42,308 nucleotides of DNA from Promethearchaeota archaeon (GCA_019057865.1 JAHLWP010000036.1:1-42308), one strand, 5' to 3'; numbered from the stretch's first letter, positions 29,864 through 38,970 are shown. Notes: generated by a model from the letters alone, not told the origin. Made by a program: numbers and translations.

Positions 29864-29978
29864 TTTTTAAGTAAATAATAATTTGCTTAAATTTTTTATA
29901 ATTATTATACAATTTTCCAAGATCATATTTAAATAAAATCATAAAATTACTAATATTAATCATAATGATTTAAAATAT

Positions 29979-31259
29979 GTGATTTATAAAATGGTAAATT
30001 ACAAAGTCGCCGATGAGTCTTTAAGTGAAAAGGGAAAAGAAGCATTATATATTGCGGAGAGGAAAATGCCTGTAACTGCTAAAGTAATTCGAGATAGATT
30101 TACGAAGGAAAAGCCTTTAAAAGGTATAACTATAGCAGGATGTCTCCATATTACAAAAGAAACGGGAAACTTAGCTCGAACATTAAAATCGGGAGGTGCA
30201 GAAGTTTATCTATGCAGTAGTAATCCATTATCTACTCAAGATGATGTTGCTGCGGCTCTAATTAAAGAAGATATAAATGTATTCGCGTGGCATGGCAATA
30301 CAGATGAAGAATTTTATTGGTGTATTAGAAAATGCTTAGAGGCTAAACCAAATATCTTAATTGATGATGGAGCAGATTTGATCGTTACATTGCATAACGA
30401 ATTTCCAGAACTAATAGAAAACGGAACTATTATTGGATGTCAGGAGGAAACAACAACAGGCGTAAAGAGATTTAGGGCCATGGATAAACACGGAGCATTA
30501 AAAGTTCCATTATTTCCTGTAAATGATGCAAGATGTAAAAACCAGTTCGATAATGAGCTAGGTACAGGACAAGGGATTATTTCAGCAATTTACGGGATGC
30601 ATGTCCTGTTTGCGGGAAAGAAAGTAGTCATTGCAGGTTATGGCCATTGCAGCTCAGGAATGGCACTTAGAGCAAGAGGTTTAGGAGCCGATGTTATTAT
30701 AACTGAAGTTGATCCAATAAAAGCACTTCAAGCAAGGTTCGCAGGATATCAGGTTATGCCAATTGCTAGAGCAATTCCAGATGCAGACATTATCCTAACA
30801 GCAACTGGTTGTAAGCATGTTATACCTCCAAAACCTGAAATATTTGACATGCTTAAGGATGGAGTTATTCTTGGAAATTTAGGACACTTTGATATTGAAA
30901 TCCCCACAAAAGAATTATACGAATACGCAATAGAAATTAAACCTATTCGTAGATATGTTGAGGAATTAACACTTCCAAATGGTAATAAAACATATTTATT
31001 GGCAAAGGGACGTTTGGCAAATCTTGTATTATCTGAAGGGCATCCTAGCGAAGTTATGGATTTGAGTTTTGGATTACAATCTTTAATGTCAGAATATATT
31101 GTTAAAAATAAGGGTTTATGGAAGGCTGGATTTATTAATATTCCCCCTGAAATTGATGATAAAGTTGGCTTCCTAAAATTAGAATCGATGGGTATTAAGA
31201 TAGATAAATTAACAGAGGAACAATATAACTATATTCATGGCTATCTTGAAGGAACCTAA
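29979..31259 (+). CDS. ahcY: S-adenosyl(/inosyl)homocysteine hydrolase (probable ATG start at 29991)
   Basis: GCLHITKET, SNPLSTQDD, DDGAD, EETTTG, GHFDIEI, GRLANL, GHPSEVMDLSF. Confidence 0.95.
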   Translation: MIYKMVNYKVADESLSEKGKEALYIAERKMPVTAKVIRDRFTKEKPLKGITIAGCLHITKETGNLARTLKSGGAEVYLCSSNPLSTQDDVAAALIKEDINVFAWHGNTDEEFYWCIRKCLEAKPNILIDDGADLIVTLHNEFPELIENGTIIGCQEETTTGVKRFRAMDKHGALKVPLFPVNDARCKNQFDNELGTGQGIISAIYGMHVLFAGKKVVIAGYGHCSSGMALRARGLGADVIITEVDPIKALQARFAGYQVMPIARAIPDADIILTATGCKHVIPPKPEIFDMLKDGVILGNLGHFDIEIPTKELYEYAIEIKPIRRYVEELTLPNGNKTYLLAKGRLANLVLSEGHPSEVMDLSFGLQSLMSEYIVKNKGLWKAGFINIPPEIDDKVGFLKLESMGIKIDKLTEEQYNYIHGYLEGT

Positions 31260-31297
31260 ATTTTTAGTATTTTAAAAGCTTAATCTTTTTCATAATA

Positions 31298-32323
31298 TTA
31301 TATTTTTGGATTTAAAATATTCTCTGCGTGAATATCTACTCCATAAATCTCATAAGCTAATTTTTTCAAACCATTTATTCCAATAGGTTCTTCTTTAAGT
31401 CTTTTAGATTGCCAGATCTTTAATTTTTTAAATTCACTTTTAATTTCTTTGATATATTTTAGTTGATTTGAGTGTAGAGTATTGCAAAAATCACATTTTT
31501 TTGTTTCAGGAGTAATCATATTAATGTGAACTCCTTCTAATTTAATATATTTTTCCGTTAAATCTCTCGCTCTTTTTATTTCCTCAAAACTCGGCTTTTC
31601 AGCAATAGTAACAAGTCTAAGTGAACCAATATCGTGAATCAGGTCTGAAATTCGTTCACCGCGCTTTTCGAGCTCTACAATCATATTAAAGATTTCTTTT
31701 CCTAATTCTCTTCGCTGTTTATGATCATCAAATGGTTTTATGATATTCCTCCACATTTTTGAAACATTTCTAATAGCTCCTTTAATAGAATTATAGAAGT
31801 TTAAAGAATATTTTAAAACTACTTTTACTTGATCTTCCGGAATCTCAAATAAAGTAATCATGTTTGCAGTAGGAGGGAAATCTGCGATAACTATATCAAA
31901 TTGAATATCATCAACATTAATATCTTCAGCGTCTAAAATTTTTTGAAAAAACATCGCATTTTTTAGAGCCAATGGAATAGAATTTGCTGTAAAAGTTTTA
32001 TCTATAAATTTTTCAATTTGGGGGATCATCCCAACAATAGGCATCTGTTTCATTAGGTTTTTCATTTTTTGTATCAGTTCTTTTGTGTATTCCTTAGCAT
32101 ATATATTAGCATCGGGTTCAATTCCCCAGAGGTTTCTAGATAATGGAGTAAGTTTATTATTAATCTCTAATTGAAATAGGTCACTAAGATTGTGTGCCAT
32201 ATCAAAAGAAATCAGAAGTATCTTTTTATTAGGGAGCAAATCTGATAATAAAACTGCTGTAGCAGCGCTAATAGAGCTTTTTCCAACTCCTCCTTTGCCA
32301 CCTAAAACGAGAATTTTCTCCAT
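31298..32323 (-). CDS. ArsA/GET3-family ATPase
   Basis: Deviant Walker A GGKGGVGKSS, DMAHNLSD, DFPPT, C-terminal CDFC and EEPIG. Confidence 0.88.
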   Translation of the reverse strand: MEKILVLGGKGGVGKSSISAATAVLLSDLLPNKKILLISFDMAHNLSDLFQLEINNKLTPLSRNLWGIEPDANIYAKEYTKELIQKMKNLMKQMPIVGMIPQIEKFIDKTFTANSIPLALKNAMFFQKILDAEDINVDDIQFDIVIADFPPTANMITLFEIPEDQVKVVLKYSLNFYNSIKGAIRNVSKMWRNIIKPFDDHKQRRELGKEIFNMIVELEKRGERISDLIHDIGSLRLVTIAEKPSFEEIKRARDLTEKYIKLEGVHINMITPETKKCDFCNTLHSNQLKYIKEIKSEFKKLKIWQSKRLKEEPIGINGLKKLAYEIYGVDIHAENILNPKI

Positions 32324-32436
32324 TTATGGCATTTTAGATTTTAAATTTTTAAGATTATATAATAAAAATAAAAATGCCATAAAAAGCTAATCAGATTCAA
32401 ATTAATATTAAAGAAGAATATAGATAATAATATCAT

Positions 32437-32631
32437 TTAAGATTTATTAGGAATCTGTTGTTTTGGATCAGGATAGAAAATCAATTTGCCTGTAACTTTA
32501 GATTCAGATCCTTTTTCTTTTTTAAAATAAAAATAAAATCTGCCTATGTCTGTATTTAATTTATATTTCACATAATTTTTTTTAGATTCTGAAAAAAGCT
32601 TTTCTATTAAAATTCTATTCCAATAACTCAT
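32437..32631 (-). CDS. small hypothetical protein
   Basis: 64-aa ATG ORF co-directional with and upstream of the ArsA/GET3 gene. Confidence 0.5.
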   Translation of the reverse strand: MSYWNRILIEKLFSESKKNYVKYKLNTDIGRFYFYFKKEKGSESKVTGKLIFYPDPKQQIPNKS

Positions 32632-32897
32632 TGATATAGATTATAACTCTTATCTAAAAAATAAATATCTCATGAGGATATTATTTTTTACTTTTTGAGA
32701 AATTCTTTAGATTCACAAAAAATAAATTGATTGAATAATTTTATTAAAATATAATCATCGCAATTATGATGATTTTAAATTATATATTAAAATTATTTAA
32801 AAAATTCAAAAAATCAAACTCATACAATTTATCATTTTACTTTCATAAATTTTGAATGTGAGTTTAGATTTCATTATGAAAAATAAAAATAAAGGAA

Positions 32898-33011
32898 GTG
32901 ATCAAGATTACCAGTCAAAATGAATTTACCACAAAATATATTATCACCACAAAATTTGTCATTAAAGGTGTTGTAGAAAAAAGCGATATTGTTGGGGCTA
33001 TTTTTGGCCAG
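32898..33011 (+). CDS. dnaG: DnaG exon 1 (start GTG 32898 or ATT 32907)
   Basis: Translates VIKITSQNEFTTKYIITTKFVIKGVVEKSDIVGAIFGQ, the conserved archaeal DnaG N-terminus; in a different frame from the downstream ORF. Confidence 0.9.
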
Positions 33012-33051
33012 AGATAAAGAAACTTGAAGCCAATTCGGCTTAATCGGCTAA
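33012..33051 (+). other. 40-nt putative mRNA intron with bulge-helix-bulge-type boundary
   Basis: GGCC-AG^A-GAU ... AUC-GGCU-AA^A; removal gives GGC CAG ACT GAA GGT (GQTEG) in frame. Confidence 0.82.
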
Positions 33052-34122
33052 ACTGAAGGTCTTCTTTTGGATCTGGATTTAAGGGATTTACAAAAATCTG
33101 GACGAATTGGAAGAATCGAGGTTGATAATGAATCCAAGGAAGGAATTTCCGAAGGGATCATTAAAATACCTAGTAGTCTCACTCGTAAAGAAACAGCACT
33201 ATTAGCTGCGACTGTTGAAACAGTATCTAGGGTTGGACCTTGCGAAGCAGAAATGAAACTCTTAGAGATTCGTGATGTTCGCGAAACAAAACGAAAAAAA
33301 ATAATTAAACGTGCTACTGAACTTCTAAAAGAGTGGGATCAAAAATCTTTAGAACCAAGTGAAATAGAAGAACAAATTGACACAGATATTAAACTTGGAG
33401 AAATTCTTTCTTGGAGTAAAGAAAAATTACCTGCTGGACCCGAAGTAGATAGTAATCCTAATTTAATAATTGTGGAAGGTCGTGCAGATGTTTTAAACTT
33501 ATTAAGGATTGGTGTTAAAAATACAATTGCAGTTCAAGGAACTCAAGTACCTAAGTCAGTAATAAAATTAACAAAAAATAAGAGTTCGGTAACAGCTTTT
33601 ATGGATGGAGATAGGGGTGGAACGATCATCTTAAAGGAACTTTTACAAGTTGCTAAAATTGATTTCATTGCTAGAGCTCCTGATGGATATGAGGTTGAGG
33701 AATTAACTAGAAAGCAATTGATAAAAGCACTACAAAACAAGAAAAACGTTAATTCGTTTAAAGAAATAAAGGATATGGAAAAAGTTGAATCAAAATATAT
33801 AGGTAAAGAAGAAAGGCTTTATCGTGTCTTAAGAAATCTTAAGGTTAAAAATGAATCTGCAATCATTGAGGCTATTAAAGATATTGAACCTGGTCATAGT
33901 ATAGGTTTTAATAAAGCAATGGAGAAGCTATTTGATATACCGGTTGGAGAACTTTATGAAAAGATCAGAAATTATAAAGCTACCCAATATTTGATAATAG
34001 ATGGTATTTTAACCAAACGTCTTCTCTCCCTATCAATAAAAATGAAAATAAACTTTGTTGCTTGCAAAAATAAAGAAGAGGAAGTAGTAATTCCTGAAAA
34101 TATTACTGTGCACTATTTCTAA
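33052..34122 (+). CDS. dnaG: DnaG exon 2 (archaeal DnaG, TOPRIM domain, exosome-associated)
   Basis: TEGLLLDLDLRDLQKSGRIGRI, RVGPC, LPAGP, IIVEGRADV, FMDGDRGG, ARAPDGYEVEEL. Confidence 0.95.
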   Translation, partial: TEGLLLDLDLRDLQKSGRIGRIEVDNESKEGISEGIIKIPSSLTRKETALLAATVETVSRVGPCEAEMKLLEIRDVRETKRKKIIKRATELLKEWDQKSLEPSEIEEQIDTDIKLGEILSWSKEKLPAGPEVDSNPNLIIVEGRADVLNLLRIGVKNTIAVQGTQVPKSVIKLTKNKSSVTAFMDGDRGGTIILKELLQVAKIDFIARAPDGYEVEELTRKQLIKALQNKKNVNSFKEIKDMEKVESKYIGKEERLYRVLRNLKVKNESAIIEAIKDIEPGHSIGFNKAMEKLFDIPVGELYEKIRNYKATQYLIIDGILTKRLLSLSIKMKINFVACKNKEEEVVIPENITVHYF

Positions 34123-34158
34123 TTAATCAAATTTTAATGACTCTTTTCTTTTTTTTCT

Positions 34159-34581
34159 TTATTGTTCTTGTCTAATTCTTATGCTAAGAGGTGTTTCTTT
34201 AGTAATCACATTTGACACAGGACAATATTCATGAAAAATTTTTTTACATAAATCAATTTTCTCTTTTGATTGTCCACTTTTAGGAGTAAATAATAACTCT
34301 ATATCAATTTTTACTAATTTTAAAGAATATTTAGGTCCTGAATGCTTTAATTTTCCATCTACAACAATTTCTAATTTCTCGCTTAGAATATTATGCTTTT
34401 GTAGACAATAGATAAAAGAATTACCAATACAACCCCCGATTCCAATTAGTACATATTCAAGAGGGCTAGGCGCTAGATTTGTACCACTAAATGATTCTGG
34501 TTCATCAATATGAATGCTTTTAAAACGCCTTGCTTGTGCTAAAAAATGGAGTTTCTCTGAATAATTAAGTGTGACTTTCAT
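34159..34581 (-). CDS. OsmC/Ohr family protein
   Basis: DEPESFSGTNLAPSPLEYVL..IGGC and YCPVS. Confidence 0.88.
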   Translation of the reverse strand: MKVTLNYSEKLHFLAQARRFKSIHIDEPESFSGTNLAPSPLEYVLIGIGGCIGNSFIYCLQKHNILSEKLEIVVDGKLKHSGPKYSLKLVKIDIELLFTPKSGQSKEKIDLCKKIFHEYCPVSNVITKETPLSIRIRQEQ

Positions 34582-34633
34582 TGTTATTTTAAAAATTTAG
34601 ATCTTATTTAAGAATTATAGAAAAAAGTGAAAA

Positions 34634-34873
34634 TTATCTAGCAAAGGGCACAAAGTTAAAAATAAGTTGAATGATATATGATATTGCTCCTAAAAGAACA
34701 AGTCCAATGGCACAAATTTTAAAAACTAAAAAATATTCCTTCCTATCCGGTTTATTTGAAATTTTCAAAATTCTTTTTGTGTTTTGAAAGAAAATTCCTA
34801 ATCTTTCATAGATACTTGGTTTCTTCTTCTTTTCAAATTGAGAATATTTTTCATATTTTGGGTAGTTTGACAC
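34634..34873 (-). CDS. secE: protein translocase SecE/Sec61-gamma
   Basis: RILKISNKPDRKEY plus C-terminal TM helix; follows ftsY. Confidence 0.9.
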   Translation of the reverse strand: MSNYPKYEKYSQFEKKKKPSIYERLGIFFQNTKRILKISNKPDRKEYFLVFKICAIGLVLLGAISYIIQLIFNFVPFAR

Positions 34874-34934
34874 AATAAGATTAAGAATTAGTCTTTAAAA
34901 AAGTTAACTTTTGAGGAAACACTCATATTTTTTA

Positions 34935-35834
34935 TTATGAAATATCGAGAATACTTGATATGAAAAAATCGCGATCAAAAGGTATTAGGTCCTCATAATT
35001 TTGTCCCGTTCCAAGAAATAGAATAGGTTTTTTTGTTTCAAAAGAGATAGATAATGCTGCACCCCCTCTTGCATCAGCATCTAATTTAGTTAAAATATTT
35101 GCATCAATCCCTACATGTTTTTTAAATTCCTTTGCTTGATAAAGAGCATCATTTCCAGCAAGACTATCACCTACAAAAATAATTAAATCCGGTTGAGCAA
35201 CTCTACATATCTTTTGCATTTCAATCATTAAATTCTTATCCGTAACTTGTCTACCTGCGGTATCAATTAATACTACATTAATATTCTTAGCCTTTGCATG
35301 CTCAATTGCATCATAACCTACCGAAGCAGGATCCGAATTATATTCATGCTTAATAACTCTTACTCCAACATTTTCCATATGATAAGACAATTGCTCTATA
35401 GCAGCGGCTCTAAATGTGTCGGATGCTGCTGCTACTACAGATATATTATTCTTTTTTAAATAATATGCAATTTTAGCCATAGTCGTTGTTTTTCCAGTTC
35501 CATTAACTCCAAGAAAAACAATTACATATGGTTCATTTGTTTTGCTTTTTTTCTTTATTTCATCTAATAAATCTACTTCGTTTTCAGGTGTTAGTATACC
35601 TGTTATAACATCTTTTAGTGTATCAAATACCATTTTTTTAGTTGAACTTAATCGACCAATTTGTTCTCCCTTAAAAGAGTCAATTATCTTGTTGCAAATT
35701 TCATCAGCAGTATCCATGGCAACATCATTACTTACAAGGAGGAGTTTTAAATCATTGATAGCCTCGTCCATTTTTTTTTCCGTTAGGGTTTTTTTTACAA
35801 AAAGTGAAAAAGTATTCTTCAATTTTTCGAGCAT
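34935..35834 (-). CDS. ftsY: signal recognition particle receptor FtsY
   Basis: GVNGTGKTTT, DTFRAAA, DTAGR, TKLDADARGG, GTGQ. Confidence 0.95.
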   Translation of the reverse strand: MLEKLKNTFSLFVKKTLTEKKMDEAINDLKLLLVSNDVAMDTADEICNKIIDSFKGEQIGRLSSTKKMVFDTLKDVITGILTPENEVDLLDEIKKKSKTNEPYVIVFLGVNGTGKTTTMAKIAYYLKKNNISVVAAASDTFRAAAIEQLSYHMENVGVRVIKHEYNSDPASVGYDAIEHAKAKNINVVLIDTAGRQVTDKNLMIEMQKICRVAQPDLIIFVGDSLAGNDALYQAKEFKKHVGIDANILTKLDADARGGAALSISFETKKPILFLGTGQNYEDLIPFDRDFFISSILDIS

Positions 35835-35897
35835 TTATTTCTCCACACTAATTTAAAAATTATCTGAAATTATAACAAGATTTTATATAAAACAAGC

Positions 35898-36323
35898 TTA
35901 TTTTTGAAGAATATCTCTTTGAATAACTTGAGAGATTTTATTTAGGTTTATATCTAAATTTTGTAATTGAGTTCCTAAGAATTCTACTTGTTTATTATGT
36001 TGTTCTATTATCTTATCAAGAAATTCAATCGCACTTGCTAAATCCTTTTCAATTACAACATCTTGGTTAACAGCAAGTAAGACTTTTTCTGGTTCTTTAA
36101 TAGATGCTTTAATATTTACTATACCTCCAATTGGAACTAAAATTTCGTCATCTTCTTTTACTCCTTCTTTTAAATTTTCTAAAGTATTTTTAGAATTCCT
36201 TACATTCGCACGTGATGCATTGATAATTTCTAATTGACTTTGATACATATCACGTTGCTCCTTTAAATAACGAAATTTTATTAATTGCTCTTGATATTCT
36301 TGAGGACTGACCACTTTTATCAA
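35898..36323 (-). CDS. pfdA: prefoldin alpha subunit
   Basis: Coiled coils flanking EILVPIGG...KVLLAVNQDVVIEK; conserved operon position. Confidence 0.9.
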   Translation of the reverse strand: MIKVVSPQEYQEQLIKFRYLKEQRDMYQSQLEIINASRANVRNSKNTLENLKEGVKEDDEILVPIGGIVNIKASIKEPEKVLLAVNQDVVIEKDLASAIEFLDKIIEQHNKQVEFLGTQLQNLDINLNKISQVIQRDILQK

Positions 36324-36345
36324 AACTTTAAGAATTCTTTCTTAA

Positions 36346-36594
36346 TTATTGAGATAATTCACGGATTAGATAGTCTTGAGATTCCTCTAAACTTATCTCT
36401 TTAATTTCTTGAATTGTAATTTGACGTCTAAAAATACCAATAGAAGTAATTTTACATAAAACTTTTTCAAGAGCGTCTTCTTCTTTTAAGGCACGTACTT
36501 CTTTACGAAATAAATATTTCTTATGATTTTTAATGTAGTTGCCAATAATTCTATATATTTTTATCTCAGACATAAATTTTCCGATTGTATCCAT
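36346..36594 (-). CDS. rpl18a: 50S ribosomal protein eL20 (L18a/LX); start possibly the second Met
   Basis: KIYRIIG...FRKEVRALKEEDALEKV...RRQITIQEIKEI; operon position. Confidence 0.88.
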   Translation of the reverse strand: MDTIGKFMSEIKIYRIIGNYIKNHKKYLFRKEVRALKEEDALEKVLCKITSIGIFRRQITIQEIKEISLEESQDYLIRELSQ

Positions 36595-36732
36595 GAATTT
36601 AAAATTGATAATTATTATAAAAATATTAAATTTTGCTTTTTTAATTTCTTTATTAAGTTCAATATTAAAACTTATAACTACTTCTTCTAACCTATCAAAA
36701 ATGTTAAGGAAAAAAAATATTTAGTCAATCTC

Positions 36733-37413
36733 CTACAATTTTAATATATCTGTTAGGCGCATCATTTCTGGACCTGTACATTCGGATCCAAAAATCCCAC
36801 TCTTATCATTCACAATTGCTCCTGAAGAGAGATAAGGAATACCACGATTTACAGTAGATACATCGATCTCATCAACTTTTAATATTGGAGAAATATATTC
36901 TATTTCCTCAGCGGTTGAAAGAGGATGAACTAGGCAACCATGATTATTTGCTAAGGAAATTGAACCAGGAAGATAATTATCAGCAAATTCATAAATGACT
37001 GTCTCAACACTTAAAATATCCTCGATCTCTTTTTTATAATTTTTTAGCAACGAGCTAATTATAGCACCTTTATCATTACATAAGATAAGGTTTCCAAAAG
37101 CATTATCAATTGATTTCAAAATACCAATTTGTGAGGAATTATTTAACTCATTTAGATAACTTTTCAATTTATCAAGTTCATCATCTTTTATTATATGAGG
37201 AACTATAATTCCATATTTATTTGATACAGCATATATTCCTAATAAGTTAGAATTATTAATAGTAAGTGGATAAAATGGCTCCCCAAATATTTTTTTAAAT
37301 TTTATAAGTGTAGTCTTTAATGTTGTAGGAGGATATAGGATATATGAATTATTACATGTTAAGTAAACACCTATTAGACTCTTCCCAAATACATGAGACC
37401 TTAAAATTGCCAT
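36733..37413 (-). CDS. eif6: translation initiation factor 6 (aIF6)
   Basis: IGVY, GNLILCNDKGA, NNHGCLVHP, TVNRG, G.ECTGPE. Confidence 0.93.
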   Translation of the reverse strand: MAILRSHVFGKSLIGVYLTCNNSYILYPPTTLKTTLIKFKKIFGEPFYPLTINNSNLLGIYAVSNKYGIIVPHIIKDDELDKLKSYLNELNNSSQIGILKSIDNAFGNLILCNDKGAIISSLLKNYKKEIEDILSVETVIYEFADNYLPGSISLANNHGCLVHPLSTAEEIEYISPILKVDEIDVSTVNRGIPYLSSGAIVNDKSGIFGSECTGPEMMRLTDILKL

Positions 37414-37497
37414 GTGAAATAACGATAAAATTATATTTTTCTACTAGAATATCATTAAAAAAAGTTTATTTTTGTACATTGATTTAAAAATTTACGT

Positions 37498-37953
37498 TTA
37501 AGCTAAATATATAACACAAAGTCCATCAATATTTTTAGTAACTCTCACCTTCAACTTTCGTGGGGGTTTTTGAATAGAACGTTCCCATATCTTCTCATTT
37601 ACTTCTTGTGAGATAACTAAAGATTCTGGCTTAAAATGGCGAGTTATATATTCTCTTAGATACCTGATAGCTTTTTTTGCTCTTTTATTTCTTGGACCTC
37701 TTCGTGCTATTGCGAGAGGTACAATATATATTCTTTCATCAATAATCTCTTCTTTTGGAACTTCCTCTTCTTCAATTTCTTCAATTTCCTCTTCAAAAAT
37801 TTTACTAATTTCTTCTTCTTCAGATATTTCATCTAGGCTGAATTCCTCAATCTCTTCTATTTCTTCATCAGATTCGGATTCTTCTTCTAACTCAACCTCA
37901 CTTAATTCTTCCTCTAACTCGTCTAGACTAATATCTTTTCCTTTTTTTGCCAT
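37498..37953 (-). CDS. rpl31e: 50S ribosomal protein eL31 with long acidic N-terminal extension
   Basis: ERIYIVPL...RAKKAIRYLREYITRH...VNEKIWERSIQKPPRKLKVRV. Confidence 0.93.
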   Translation of the reverse strand: MAKKGKDISLDELEEELSEVELEEESESDEEIEEIEEFSLDEISEEEEISKIFEEEIEEIEEEEVPKEEIIDERIYIVPLAIARRGPRNKRAKKAIRYLREYITRHFKPESLVISQEVNEKIWERSIQKPPRKLKVRVTKNIDGLCVIYLA

Positions 37954-37990
37954 TTTATTTCATTTAAAAGTAGTATTTCTAAATCAAATT

Positions 37991-38152
37991 TTAATCTCTT
38001 TTTAACCTTGTGTTCCTCCATGTTCTTCTCGAGTAAGGATTAGATCTAACCTTACCATTTGTCTTCCTAATAATCCAATTTGGTAGTGATTTATTTTGTT
38101 TCATACTCTTCGCTCGTCTTAATTTAGACGGTAGATTTTTATTCCTTGCCAT
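37991..38152 (-). CDS. rpl39e: 50S ribosomal protein eL39 (below ORF-track size cutoff)
   Basis: MARNKNLPSKLRRAKSMKQNKSLPNWIIRKTNGKVRSNPYSRRTWRNTRLKRD-TAA; GAGGAG SD. Confidence 0.93.
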   Translation of the reverse strand: MARNKNLPSKLRRAKSMKQNKSLPNWIIRKTNGKVRSNPYSRRTWRNTRLKRD

Positions 38153-38171
38153 TTATACTCCTCTCTCTTGA

Positions 38172-38513
38172 CTATTTTTTTATATTAAATTCTTTTTTTC
38201 TCCCTAGTGAAGATATTTGTTCTAATAATTTTTTAAATGCTTTATCTGGTAATGGTATTGCTCCTCTTAGTTGTCCTGATTGAAATAGTTGAATTAATTG
38301 TAATTCTATCTGTTCAGCAAGTTGGGGTTTAACCATTCGAATATTTTCTAATCTCTGTCTCCCTTCTTGAGATAAAATTTTTCGCATCAATTGATATTTT
38401 TTGCTTTCAAACTCTTTTTGTTGGGCTTCCATTAATTGGTGCTGTGCGGCTTGTTGTTTTAATTCTTCTAACTTCTTCCTTTTGATAGCATCTAACTCTT
38501 CGTCGTTGCTCAA
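38172..38513 (-). CDS. PDCD5-family DNA-binding protein
   Basis: ELDAIKRKKLEEL, ILSQEGRQRLENIRMVKPQLAEQIELQLIQL; operon position. Confidence 0.92.
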   Translation of the reverse strand: MSNDEELDAIKRKKLEELKQQAAQHQLMEAQQKEFESKKYQLMRKILSQEGRQRLENIRMVKPQLAEQIELQLIQLFQSGQLRGAIPLPDKAFKKLLEQISSLGRKKEFNIKK

Positions 38514-38544
38514 TTTAAACTCTCAGATGTTATTATTTAATTCT

Positions 38545-38970
38545 TTAACTTTTTTTTCTTAGAATAGAGTATGCTGTTCTTTCTAATAAACTAGTTCCTT
38601 CAGGAGAAACTTTCCTCCCCTTTTTACCATCCTTTAATATCAAATTTTCTTTTTCTAATTGCTGTAAAATGACTCTTATTATCTTTCCGCCTCCTTTTGA
38701 AGAATGATTTAAACCGCTACCTTTTCTACTTCTTCCTGAATAATGCTTTCTTAATTTATTTACTCCTATTGGTCCATAATTTTTCACTTTTCTTAAAATA
38801 GAGGCACTTCGAATATACCAAAAATTTTCTGAGTCAATAGGTGCTAACTCTTTATATGATGCTGTTTTCCAAAATTTGCTTCCTTCAGGTGGTTGAATTT
38901 CAGGAAATTCCCTTAGTTTTTCTGCCAAAATTTGAATAAGTTTTCGGGGTTCAATGAGATAAATCGACAT
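38545..38970 (-). CDS. rps19e: 30S ribosomal protein eS19
   Basis: KTASYKELAP, FWYIRSASILRK, GPIGV, GGKIIRVILQQLE, GRKVSPEG. Confidence 0.95.
   Translation of the reverse strand: MSIYLIEPRKLIQILAEKLREFPEIQPPEGSKFWKTASYKELAPIDSENFWYIRSASILRKVKNYGPIGVNKLRKHYSGRSRKGSGLNHSSKGGGKIIRVILQQLEKENLILKDGKKGRKVSPEGTSLLERTAYSILRKKS

Noticed and set aside
33012-33051. dnaG break explained by simple frameshifting, Sec/Pyl readthrough or ribosomal hopping
   Set aside because: The insert is 40 nt with stops in both relevant frames, and a TAA lies directly before the resume codon, so no matched take-off and landing codon restores GQTEG. The BHB geometry predicts the junction exactly.
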